64,000 nucleotides of DNA from Utricularia gibba (taxonomy: Eukaryota > Plantae > Magnoliophyta). Both the position numbers and the translations under genes were made by a program. Location: positions 14,583-78,582 of the forward strand of contig NEEC01000036.1 of NCBI GenBank assembly GCA_002189035.1, in the 5' to 3' direction. This document shows, piece after piece, positions 1-11,169 of the stretch. The number at the start of each line of letters is the position of its first letter. The stretch's first letter is position 1. The notes under the pieces were generated by a model. It ran no database searches. It was given only the letters and a program-made list of their open reading frames with translations, and was not told the origin of the DNA.

Positions 1-730
1 AATAAGTGCATCGCTTTAGTTGCCAGGCTACAACTAACTTTCGGCCCTAACCCAACCTGACCTTTGTCCCGTTCTAGGTGCCCCCAAGACCGCCTCCTCA
101 AGTATAAAGTAAGTTGTTGAAAAAATCATGTGGGGTGCACGTGACATCTTACTTTAAACAAATGCATCATTATTTTCGTCGACTCGCACCCGGTTGGGCT
201 CATGAGCCGGACCGAACGCAGCGCCGGACCAAGTGCCCAGTGAGAGTGGCCGACACAAAACGAGAAGTTGTTCCTTGAAAAACCTTGTAGGAAGCCCTGA
301 AAACCGAACGTTAATAAGTGCATCGCTTTAGTTGCCAGGCTACAACTAACTTTCGGCCCTAACCCAACCTGACCTTTGTCCCGTTCTAGGTGCCCCCAAG
401 ACCGCCTCCTCAAGTATAAAGTAAGTTGTTGAAAAAATCATGTGGGGTGCACGTGACATCTTACTTTAAACAAATGCATCATTATTTTCGTCGACTCGCA
501 CCCGGTTGGGCTCATGAGCCGGACCGAACGCAGCGCCGGACCAAGTGCCCAGTGAGAGTGGCCGACACAAAACGAGAAGTTGTTCCTTGAAAAACCTTGT
601 AGGAAGCCCCTGAAAACCGAACGTTAATAAGTGCATCGCTTTAGTTGCCAGGCTACAACTAACTTTCGGCCCTAACCCAACCTGACCTTTGTCCCGTTCT
701 AGGTGCCCCCCAAGACCGCCTCCTCAAGTA

Positions 731-782
731 TAAAGTAAGTTGTTGAAAAAATCATGTGGGGTGCACGTGACATCTTACTTTA
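731..782. other. Nested inverted repeat (potential stem-loop or cruciform), one per monomer
   Basis: TAAAGTAAG (731-739) is the exact reverse complement of CTTACTTTA (774-782), extendable by 2 bp after a T/T mismatch. Inner stem TCATGTG (752-758) / CACGTGA (764-770) has one G.T pair and a 5-nt loop. Confidence 0.75.
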
Positions 783-890
783 AACAAATGCATCATTATT
801 TTCGTCGACTCGCACCCGGTTGGGCTCATGAGCCGGACCGAACGCAGCGCCGGACCAAGTGCCCAGTGAGAGTGGCCGACACAAAACGAG
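737..890 (+). repeat. Sub-repeat A (154 bp) of the dimeric monomer
   Basis: Shares collinear anchors with half B: TTGAAAAA 743/901, TGCATC 789/946, GTGCCC 859/1017, AAGTTGTT 737/891. Confidence 0.8.
823..834. other. Perfect 12-bp palindrome GGCTCATGAGCC, one per monomer
   Basis: Read directly. It overlaps the first of two GCCGGACC direct repeats (832-839 and 849-856, period 17) and follows the CCC-GGTT-GGG mini-hairpin. Confidence 0.9.
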
Positions 891-954
891 AAGTTGTTCC
901 TTGAAAAACCTTGTAGGAAGCCCCTGAAAACCGAACGTTAATAAGTGCATCGCT

Positions 955-976
955 TTAGTTGCCAGGCTACAACTAA
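955..976. other. 7-bp inverted repeat TTAGTTG-N8-CAACTAA, one per monomer
   Basis: 955-961 is the exact reverse complement of 970-976, with loop CCAGGCTA. Confidence 0.8.
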
Positions 977-983
977 CTTTCGG

Positions 984-1024
984 CCCTAACCCAACCTGAC
1001 CTTTGTCCCGTTCTAGGTGCCCCC
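984..1024 (-). other. Four G-tract cluster (long-loop G-quadruplex / i-motif candidate) containing one TTAGGG
   Basis: Plus strand reads CCC-TAA-CCC-N14-CCC-N10-CCCCC. Minus strand reads G5-N10-G3-N14-G3-TTA-G3. Folding is inferred only, and two loops exceed the canonical 1-7 nt. Confidence 0.45.
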
Positions 1025-4000
1025 AAGACCGCCTCCTCAAGTATAAAGTAAGTTGTTGAAAAAATCATGTGGGGTGCACGTGACATCTTACTTTAAACAA
1101 ATGCATCATTATTTTCGTCGACTCGCACCCGGTTGGGCTCATGAGCCGGACCGAACGCAGCGCCGGACCAAGTGCCCAGTGAGAGTGGCCGACACAAAAC
1201 GAGAAGTTGTTCCTTGAAAAACCTTGTAGGAAGCCCCTGAAAACCGAACGTTAATAAGTGCATCGCTTTAGTTGCCAGGCTACAACTAACTTTCGGCCCT
1301 AACCCAACCTGACCTTTGTCCCGTTCTAGGTGCCCCCCAAGACCGCCTCCTCAAGTATAAAGTAAGTTGTTGAAAAAATCATGTGGGGTGCACGTGACAT
1401 CTTACTTTAAACAAATGCATCATTATTTTCGTCGACTCGCACCCGGTTGGGCTCATGAGCCGGACCGAACGCAGCGCCGGACCAAGTGCCCAGTGAGAGT
1501 GGCCGACACAAAACGAGAAGTTGTTCCTTGAAAAACCTTGTAGGAAGCCCCTGAAAACCGAACGTTAATAAGTGCATCGCTTTAGTTGCCAGGCTACAAC
1601 TAACTTTCGGCCCTAACCCAACCTGACCTTTGTCCCGTTCTAGGTGCCCCCAAGACCGCCTCCTCAAGTATAAAGTAAGTTGTTGAAAAAATCATGTGGG
1701 GTGCACGTGACATCTTACTTTAAACAAATGCATCATTATTTTCGTCGACTCGCACCCGGTTGGGCTCATGAGCCGGACCGAACGCAGCGCCGGACCAAGT
1801 GCCCAGTGAGAGTGGCCGACACAAAACGAGAAGTTGTTCCTTGAAAAACCTTGTAGGAAGCCCCTGAAAACCGAACGTTAATAAGTGCATCGCTTTAGTT
1901 GCCAGGCTACAACTAACTTTCGGCCCTAACCCAACCTGACCTTTGTCCCGTTCTAGGTGCCCCCAAGACCGCCTCCTCAAGTATAAAGTAAGTTGTTGAA
2001 AAAATCATGTGGGGTGCACGTGACATCTTACTTTAAACAAATGCATCATTATTTTCGTCGACTCGCACCCGGTTGGGCTCATGAGCCGGACCGAACGCAG
2101 CGCCGGACCAAGTGCCCAGTGAGAGTGGCCGACACAAAACGAGAAGTTGTTCCTTGAAAAACCTTGTAGGAAGCCCCTGAAAACCGAACGTTAATAAGTG
2201 CATCGCTTTAGTTGCCAGGCTACAACTAACTTTCGGCCCTAACCCAACCTGACCTTTGTCCCGTTCTAGGTGCCCCCCAAGACCGCCTCCTCAAGTATAA
2301 AGTAAGTTGTTGAAAAAATCATGTGGGGTGCACGTGACATCTTACTTTAAACAAATGCATCATTATTTTCGTCGACTCGCACCCGGTTGGGCTCATGAGC
2401 CGGACCGAACGCAGCGCCGGACCAAGTGCCCAGTGAGAGTGGCCGACACAAAACGAGAAGTTGTTCCTTGAAAAACCTTGTAGGAAGCCCCTGAAAACCG
2501 AACGTTAATAAGTGCATCGCTTTAGTTGCCAGGCTACAACTAACTTTCGGCCCTAACCCAACCTGACCTTTGTCCCGTTCTAGGTGCCCCCCAAGACCGC
2601 CTCCTCAAGTATAAAGTAAGTTGTTGAAAAAATCATGTGGGGTGCACGTGACATCTTACTTTAAACAAATGCATCATTATTTTCGTCGACTCGCACCCGG
2701 TTGGGCTCATGAGCCGGACCGAACGCAGCGCCGGACCAGAAAAAGTATCATGTGGGGTGCACGTGACATCTTACTTTAAACAAATGCATCATTATTTTCG
2801 TCGACTCGCACCCGGTTGGGCTCATGAGCCGGACCGAACGCAGCGCCGGACCAAGTGCCCAGTGAGAGTGGCCGACACAAAACGAGAAGTTGTTCCTTGA
2901 AAAACCTTGTAGGAAGCCCCTGAAAACCGAACGTTAATAAGTGCATCGCTTTAGTTGCCAGGCTACAACTAACTTTCGGCCCTAACCCAACCTGACCTTT
3001 GTCCCGTTCTAGGTGCCCCCAAGACCGCCTCCTCAAGTATAAAGTAAGTTGTTGAAAAAATCATGTGGGGTGCACGTGACATCTTACTTTAAACAAATGC
3101 ATCATTATTTTCGTCGACTCGCACCCGGTTGGGCTCATGAGCCGGACCGAACGCAGCGCCGGTGCCCAGTGAGAGTGGCCGACACAAAACGAGAAGTTGT
3201 TCCTTGGTAGGAAGCCCCTGAGGACTTTAATTCTAGGTTGCCAAGGCCCTAACCCAACCTGACCTTTGTCCTTCTAAAGACCGCCTCCTCAAGTATAAAG
3301 TAAGTTGTTGAAAAAATCATGTGGGGTGCACGTGACATCTTACTTTAAACAAATGCATCATTATTTTCGTCGACTCGCACCCGGTTGGGCTCATGAGCCG
3401 GACCGAACGCAGCGCCGGACCAAGTGCCCACCGTTGCCCAGTGAGAGTGTGCCGAGTTGCCAGGCTAAACTAACGAACCTGACCTTTGTCCCGTTCTAGG
3501 TTCCTCAAGTATCATGTGGGGTGCACGTGACATCTTACTTTAAACAAATGCATCATTATTTTCGTCGACTCGCACCCGGTTGGGCTCATGAGCCGGACCG
3601 AACGCAGCGCCGGACCAAGTGCCCAGTGAGAGTGGCCGACACAAAACGAGAAGTTGTTCCTTGAAAAACCTTGTAGGAAGCCCCTGAAAACCGAACGTTA
3701 ATAAGTGCATCGCTTTAGTTGCCAGGCTACAACTAACTTTCGGCCCTAACCCAACCTGACCTTTGTCCCGTTCTAGGTGCCCCCAAGACCGCCTCCTCAA
3801 GTATAAAGTAAGTTGTTGAAAAATGACATGCATCAGTCGACTCGCAATGAGTAAGTTTGTTCCTTGAAAAAATGAAATGTGCATCGGTTGTGGCAACGAC
3901 ACATCCTCAAGTATAAAGTAAGTTGTTGAAAAAATCATGTGGGGTGCACGTGACATCTTACTTTAAACAAATGCATCATTATTTTCGTCGACTCGCACCC

Positions 4001-7000
4001 GGTTGGGCTCATGAGCCGGACCGAACGCAGCGCCGGACCAAGTGCCCAGTGAGAGTGGCCGACACAAAACGAGAAGTTGTTCCTTGAAAAACCTTGTAGG
4101 AAGCCCCTGAAAACCGAACGTTAATAAGTGCATCGCTTTAGTTGCCAGGCTACAACTAACTTTCGGCCCTAACCCAACCTGACCTTTGTCCCGGTTCCTC
4201 AGTAAGTTGCCCCCTTAAAGACCGCCTCCTCAAGTATAAAGTAAGTTGTTGAAAAAATCATGTGGGGTGCACGTGACATCTTACTTTAAACAAATGCATC
4301 ATTATTTTCGTCGACTCGCACCCGGTTGGGCTCATGAGCCGGACCGAACGCAGCGCCGGACCAAGTGCCCAGTGAGAGTGGCCGACACAAAACGAGAAGT
4401 TGTTCCTTGCATCATTATTTTCGTCGACTCGCACCTTGTCATGGCCTGAAAACCGAACGTTAATAAGTGCATCGCTTTAGTTGCCAGGCTACAACTAACT
4501 TTCGGCCCTAACCCAACCTGACCTTTGTCCCGTTCTAGGTGCCCCCAAGACCGCCTCCTCAAGTATAAAGTAAGTTGTTGAAAAAATCATGTGGGGTGCA
4601 CGTGACATCTTACTTTAAACAAATGCATCATTATTTTCGTCGACTCGCACCCTCATGAGTTGAGAGTGGCCGACACAAAACGAGAAGTTGTTCCTTGAAA
4701 AACCTTGTAGGAAGCCCCTGAAAACCGAACGTTAATAAGTGCATCGCTTTAGTTGCCAGGCTACAACTAACTTTCGGCCCTAACCCAACCTGACCTTTGT
4801 CCCTTCTAGGTGCCCCCCCAAGTACCGTGACACCGACACGAGAAGTTGTTCCTTGAAAAACCTTGTAGGAAGCCCCTGAAAACCGAACGTTAATAAGTGC
4901 ATCGCTTTAGTTGCCAGGCTACAACTAACTTTCGGCCCTAACCCAACCTGACCTTTGTCCCGTTCTAGGTGCCCCCAAGACCGCCTCTCAAGTATAAAGT
5001 AAGTTGTTGAAAAAATCATGTGGGGTGCACGTGACATCTTACTTTAAACAAATGCATCATTATTTTCGTCGACTCGCACCCGGTTGGGCTCATGAGCCGG
5101 ACCGAACGCAGCGCCGGACCAAGTGCCCAGTGAGAGTGGCCGACACAAAACGAGAAGTTGTTCCTTGAAAAACCTTGTAGGAAGCCCCTGAAAACCGAAC
5201 GTTAATAAGTGCATCGCTTTAGTTGCCAGGCTACAACTAACTTTCGGCCCTAACCCAACCTGACCTTTGTCCCGTTCTAGGTGCCCCAAGACGCCTCCTC
5301 AAGTATAAAGTAAGTTGTTGAAAAAATCATGTGGGGTGCACGTGACATCTTACTTTAAACAAATGCATCATTATTTTCGTCGACTCGCACCCGGTTGGGC
5401 TCATGAGCCGGACCGAACGCAGCGCCGGACCAAGTGCCCAGTGAGAGTGGCCGACACAAAACGAGAAGTTGTTCCTTGAAAAACCTTGTAGGAAGCCCCT
5501 GAAAACCGAACGTTAATAAGTGCATCGCTTTAGTTGCCAGGCTACAACTAACTTTCGGCCCTAACCCAACCTGACCTTTGTCCCGTTCTAGGTGCCCCCA
5601 AGACCGCCTCCTCAAGTATAAAGTAAGTTGTTGAAAAAATCATGTGGGGTGCACGTGACATCTTACTTTAAACAAATGCATCATTATTTTCGTCGACTCG
5701 CACCCGGTTGGGCTCATGAGCCGGACCGAACGCAGCGCCGGACCAAGTGCCCAGTGAGAGTGGCCGACACAAAACGAGAAGTTGTTCCTTGAAAAACCTT
5801 GTAGGAAGCCCCTGAAAACCGAACGTTAATAAGTGCATCGCTTTAGTTGCCAGGCTACAACTAACTTTCGGCCCTAACCCAACCTGACCTTTGTCCCGTT
5901 CTAGGTGCCCCCAAGACCGCCTCCTCAAGTATAAAGTAAGTTGTTGAAAAAATCATGTGGGGTGCACGTGACATCTTACTTTAAACAAATGCATCATTAT
6001 TTTCGTCGACTCGCACCCGGTTGGGCTCATGAGCCGGACCGAACGCAGCGCCGGACCAAGTGCCCAGTGAGAGTGGCCGACACAAAACGAGAAGTTGTTC
6101 CTTGAAAAACCTTGTAGGAAGCCCCTGAAAACCGAACGTTAATAAGTGCATCGCTTTAGTTGCCAGGCTACAACTAACTTTCGGCCCTAACCCAACCTGA
6201 CCTTTGTCCCGTTCTAGGTGCCCCCAAGACCGCCTCCTCAAGTATAAAGTAAGTTGTTGAAAAAATCATGTGGGGTGCACGTGACATCTTACTTTAAACA
6301 AATGCATCATTATTTTCGTCGACTCGCACCCGGTTGGGCTCATGAGCCGGACCGAACGCAGCGCCGGACCAAGTGCCCAGTGAGTGGCCGACACAAAACG
6401 AGAAGTTGTTCCTTGAAAAACCTTGTAGGAAGCCCCTGAAAACCGAACGTTAATAAGTGCATCGCTTTAGTTGCCAGGCTACAACTAACTTTCGGCCCTT
6501 GACCTTTGTCCCGTTCTAGGTGCCCCCAAGACCGCCTCCTCAAGTATAAAGTAAGTTGTTGAAAAAATCATGTGGGGTGCACGTGACATCTTACTTTAAA
6601 CAAATGCATCATTATTTTCGTCGACTCGCACCCGGTTGGGCTCATGAGCCGGACCGAACGCAGCGCCGGACCAAGTGCCCAGTGAGAGTGGCCGACACAA
6701 AACGAGAAGTTGTTCCTTGAAAAACCTTGTAGGAAGCCCCTGAAAACCGAACGTTAATAAGTGCATCGCTTTAGTTGCCAGGCTACAACTAACTTTCGGC
6801 CCTAACCCAACCTGACCTTTGTCCCGGTTCCTCAAGGTAAGTTGTTGAAAAAATCATGTGGGGTGCACGTGACATCTTACTTTAAACAAATGCATCATTA
6901 TTTTCGTCGACTCGCACCCGGTTGGGCTCATGAGCCGGACCGAACGCAGCGCCGGACCAAGTGCCCAGTGAGAGTGGCCGACACAAAACGAGAAGTTGTT

Positions 7001-10000
7001 CCTTGAAAAACCTTGTAGGAAGCCCCTGAAAACCGAACGTTAATAAGTGCATCGCTTTAGTTGCCAGGCTACAACTAACTTTCGGCCCTAACCCAACCTG
7101 ACCTTTGTCCCGTTCTAGGTGCCCCCAAGACCGCCTCCTCAAGTATAAAGTAAGTTGTTGAAAAAATCATGTGGGGTGCACGTGACATCTTACTTTAAAC
7201 AAATGCATCATTATTTTCGTCGACTCGCACCCGGTTGGGCTCATGAGCCGGACCGAACGCAGCGCCGGACCAAGTGCCCAGTGAGAGTGGCCGACACAAA
7301 ACGAGAAGTTGTTCCTTGAAAAACCTTGTAGGAAGCCCCTGAAAACCGAACGTTAATAAGTGCATCGCTTTAGTTGCCAGGCTACAACTAACTTTCGGCC
7401 CTAACCCAACCTGACCTTTGTCCCGTTCTAGGTGCCCCCCAAGACCGCCTCCTCAAGTATAAAGTAAGTTGTTGAAAAAATCATGTGGGGTGCACGTGAC
7501 ATCTTACTTTAAACAAATGCATCATTATTTTCGTCGACTCGCACCCGGTTGGGCTCATGAGCCGGACCGAACGCAGCGCCGGACCAAGTGCCCAGTGAGA
7601 GTGGCCGACACAAAACGAGAAGTTGTTCCTTGAAAAACCTTGTAGGAAGCCCCTGAAAACCGAACGTTAATAAGTGCATCGCTTTAGTTGCCAGGCTACA
7701 ACTAACTTTCGGCCCTAACCCAACCTGACCTTTGTCCCGTTCTAGGTGCCCCCCAAGACCGCCTCCTCAAGTATAAAGTAAGTTGTTGAAAAAATCATGT
7801 GGGGTGCACGTGACATCTTACTTTAAACAAATGCATCATTATTTTCGTCGACTCGCACCCGGTTGGGCTCATGAGCCGGACCGAACGCAGCGCCGGACCA
7901 AGTGCCCAGTGAGTGGCTCCTTGCCTTGTAGGAAGCCCCTGAAAACCGAACCATCGCTTTAGTTGCCAGGCTACAACTAACTTTCGGCCCTAACCCAACC
8001 TGACCTTTGTCCCGTTCTAGGTGCCCCCAAGAAAGCCATGAGTGGACTCGAACTGCCCAAGAGTGGCCTTGAGAAGTTGTTCCTTGAAAAACCTTGTAGG
8101 AAGCCCCTGAAAACCGAACGTTAATAAGTGCATCGCTTTAGTTGCCAGGCTACAACTAACTTTCGGCCCCCAACCTGAAGGTGCCCCCCAAGACCGCCTC
8201 CTCAAGTATAAAGTAAGTTGTTGAAAAAATCATGTGGGGTGCACGTGACATCTTACTTTAAACAAATGCATCATTATTTTCGTCGACTCGCACCCGGTTG
8301 GGCTCATGAGCCGGACCGAACGCAGCGCCGGACCAAGTGCCCAGTGAGAGTGGCCGACACAAAACGAGAAGTTGTTCCTTGAAAAACCTTGTAGGAAGCC
8401 CCTGAAAACCGAACGTTAATAAGTGCATCGCTTTAGTTGCCAGGCTACAACTAACTTTCGGCCCTAACCCAACCTGACCTTTGTCCCGTTCTAGGTGCCC
8501 CCCAAGACCGCCTCCTCAAGTATAAAGTAAGTTGTTGAAAAAATCATGTGGGGTGCACGTGACATCTTACTTTAAACAAATGCATCATTATTTTCGTCGA
8601 CTCGCACCCGGTTGGGCTCATGAGCCGGACCGAACGCAGCGCCGGACCAAGTGCCCAGTGAGAGTGGCCGACACAAAACGAGAAGTTGTTCCTTGAAAAA
8701 CCTTGTAGGAAGCCCCTGAAAACCGAACGTTAATAAGTGCATCGCTTTAGTTGCCAGGCTACAACTAACTTTCGGCCCTAACCCAACCTGACCTTTGTCC
8801 CGTTCTAGGTGCCCCCCAAGACCGCCTCCTCAAGTATAAAGTAAGTTGTTGAAAAAATCATGTGGGGTGCACGTGACATCTTACTTTAAACAAATGCATC
8901 ATTATTTTCGTCGACTCGCACCCGGTTGGGCTCATGAGCCGGACCGAACGCAGCGCCGGACCAAGTGCCCAGTGAGAGTGGCCGACACAAAACGAGAAGT
9001 TGTTCCTTGAAAAACCTTGTAGGAAGCCCCTGAAAACCGAACGTTAATAAGTGCATCGCTTTAGTTGCCAGGCTACAACTAACTTTCGGCCCTAACCCAA
9101 CCTGACCTTTGTCCCGTTCTAGGTGCCCCCAAGACCGCCTCTCAAGTATAAAGTAAGTTGTTGAAAAATCATGTGGGGTGCACGTGACATCTTACTTTAA
9201 ACAAATGCATCATTATTTTCGTCGACTCGCACCCGGTTGGGCTCATGAGCCGGACCGAACGCAGCGCCGGACCAAGTGCCCAGTGAGAGTGGCCGACACA
9301 AAACGAGAAGTTGTTCCTTGAAAAACCTTGTAGGAAGCCCCTGAAAACCGAACGTTAATAAGTGCATCGCTTTAGTTGCCAGGCTACAACTAACTTTCGG
9401 CCCTAACCCAACCTGACCTTTGTCCCGTTCTAGGTGCCCCCCAAGACCGCCTCCTCAAGTATAAAGTAAGTTGTTGAAAAAATCATGTGGGGTGCACGTG
9501 ACATCTTACTTTAAACAAATGCATCATTATTTTCGTCGACTCGCACCGGTTGGGCTCATGAGCCGGACCGAACGCAGCGCCGGACCAAGTGCCCAGTGAG
9601 AGTGGCCGACACAAAACGAGAAGTTGTTCCTTGAAAAACCTTGTAGGAAGCCCCTGAAAAACCGAACGTTAATAAGTGCATCACGCTCTTAGGCCAGGCT
9701 ACAAACTAACTTTCGGCCCTAACCCAACCTGACCTTTGTCCCGTTCTAGGTGCCCCCATCAAGTATAAAGTAAGTTGTTGAAAAAATCATGTGGGACTCG
9801 TGCACGTGACATACTTTAAACAAATGCATCATTATTTTCGTCGACTCGCAGGGCACTCATGAGCATCGGACCGAACCACAACGCGCCGGACCAAGTGCCC
9901 AGTGAGAGTGGCCGACACAAAACGAGAAGTTGTTCCTTGAAAAACCTTGTAGGAAGCCCCTGAAAACCGAACGTTAATAAGTGCATCGCTTTAGTTGCCA

Positions 10001-11169
10001 GGCTACAACTAACTTTCGGCCCTAACCCAACCTGACCTTTGTCCCGTTCTAGGTGCCCCCAAGACCGCCTCCTCAAGTATAAAGTAAGTTGTTGAAAAAA
10101 TCATGTGGGGTGCACGTGACATCTTACTTTAAACAAATGCATCATTATTTTCGTCGACTCGCACCCGGTTGGGCTCATGAGCCGGACCGAACGCAGCGCC
10201 GGACCAAGTGCCCAGTGAGAGTGGCCGACACAAAACGAGAAGTTGTTCCTTGAAAAACCTTGTAGGAAGCCCCTGAAAACCGAACGTTAATAAGTGCATC
10301 GCTTTAGTTGCCAGGCTACAACTAACTTTCGGCCCTAACCCAACCTGACCTTTGTCCCGTTCTAGGTGCCCCCAAGACCGCCTCCTCAAGTATAAAGTAA
10401 GTTGTTGAAAAAATCATGTGGGGTGCACGTGACATCTTACTTTAAACAAATGCATCATTATTTTCGTCGACTCGCACCCGGTTGGGCTCATGAGCCGGAC
10501 CGAACGCAGCGCCGGACCAAGTGCCCAGTGAGAGTTTGTTCCTTGAAAAACCTTGTAGGAAGCCCCTCCGAACGTTAATAAGTGCATCGCTTTAGTTGCC
10601 AGGCTACAACTAACTTTCGGCCCTAACCCAACCTGAACTCTTACATGTGGGGTGCACGTGACATCTTACTTTAAACAAATGCATCATTATTTTCGTCGAC
10701 TCGCACCCGGTGCCCAGTGAGAGTGGCCGACACAAAACGAGAAGTTGTTCCTTGAAAAACCTTGTAGGAAGCCCCTGAAAACCGAACGTTAATAAGTGCA
10801 TCGCTTTAGTTGCCAGGCTACAACTAACTTTCGGCCCTAACCCAACCTGACCTTTGTCCCGTTCTAGGTGCCCCCAAGACCGCCTCCTCAAGTATAAAGT
10901 AAGTTGTTGAAAAAATCATGTGGGGTGCACGTGACATCTTACTTTAAACAAATGCATCATTATTTTCGTCGACTCGCACCCGGTTGGGCTCATGAGCCGG
11001 ACCGAACGCAGCGCCGGACCAAGTGCCCAGTGAGAGTGGCCGACACAAAACGAGAAGTTGTTCCTTGAAAAACCTTGTAGGAAGCCCCTGAAAACCGAAC
11101 GTTAATAAGTGCATCGCTTTAGTTGCCAGGCTACAACTAACTTTCGGCCCTAACCAACCTGACCTTTGT

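Larger units (their letters stand above)
737..1049 (+). repeat. Reference monomer (313 bp, C5 allele, 49.5% GC)
   Basis: Complete unit from AAGTTGTTGAAAAAATCATG to CTCCTCAAGTATAAAGT. It matched the intact C5 copies I spot-checked across the window. The C6 allele (e.g. 423..736) is 314 bp. Confidence 0.97.
891..1049 (+). repeat. Sub-repeat B (159 bp) of the dimeric monomer
   Basis: Anchor offsets to half A are 158, 157 and 158 bp (154 for the first anchor because of a 4-nt indel), which is half of 313. Confidence 0.8.

Noticed and set aside
801-809. GTCGACGAA (minus strand), resembling part of the apscaviroid central conserved region
   Set aside because: A 9-nt match built around a SalI palindrome, without the remaining conserved region, flanking inverted repeats or terminal conserved region.
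798-845. Hammerhead ribozyme look-alike (CTCATGAG...CGAA on both strands)
   Set aside because: The core would be CUCAUGA rather than CUGANGA, lacking the essential G5. The two CTGA words on the plus strand are followed by AAA and CCT, and no stem II/III geometry fits.
761-939. Synthetic polylinker suggested by seven 6-bp palindromes (ApaLI, PmlI, DraI, NsiI, SalI, BspHI, AclI)
   Set aside because: About five are expected by chance in 313 bp. They are not arranged as a multiple cloning site, and no vector, adapter or primer sequence was recognised.
798-995. CENP-B box
   Set aside because: None of the TTCG sites on either strand fits TTCGNNNNANNCGGG.
780-1040. Recurrent 86-aa minus-strand ORF (MRRRSWGHLERDK...NNDAFV) and all its variants
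   Set aside because: It starts at TTG (first ATG is residue 31), has no recognisable domain, and is frameshifted in every C6 unit. It recurs only because the DNA repeats. The longer ORFs (up to 166 aa) are chance fusions in scrambled zones.
1010-1049. HDV-like ribozyme suggested by GCCTCCTC
   Set aside because: Only the L3-like word matches. I could not build the nested P1/P2/P3/P1.1 pairing around it.
737-1049. Assignment to a named ~313-314 bp plant satellite (e.g. Silene SacI/X43.1-type subtelomeric repeat)
   Set aside because: Only length and general architecture are similar, from memory. The consensus has no SacI (GAGCTC) or KpnI (GGTACC) site and I cannot compare sequences. BLASTN of 737..1049 would decide.
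737-1049. 5S rDNA, spliced-leader, snRNA or tRNA/SINE tandem unit
   Set aside because: No 5S sequence, cloverleaf or Pol III A/B boxes were found. AACTAAC matches only 7 nt of the trypanosomatid leader.
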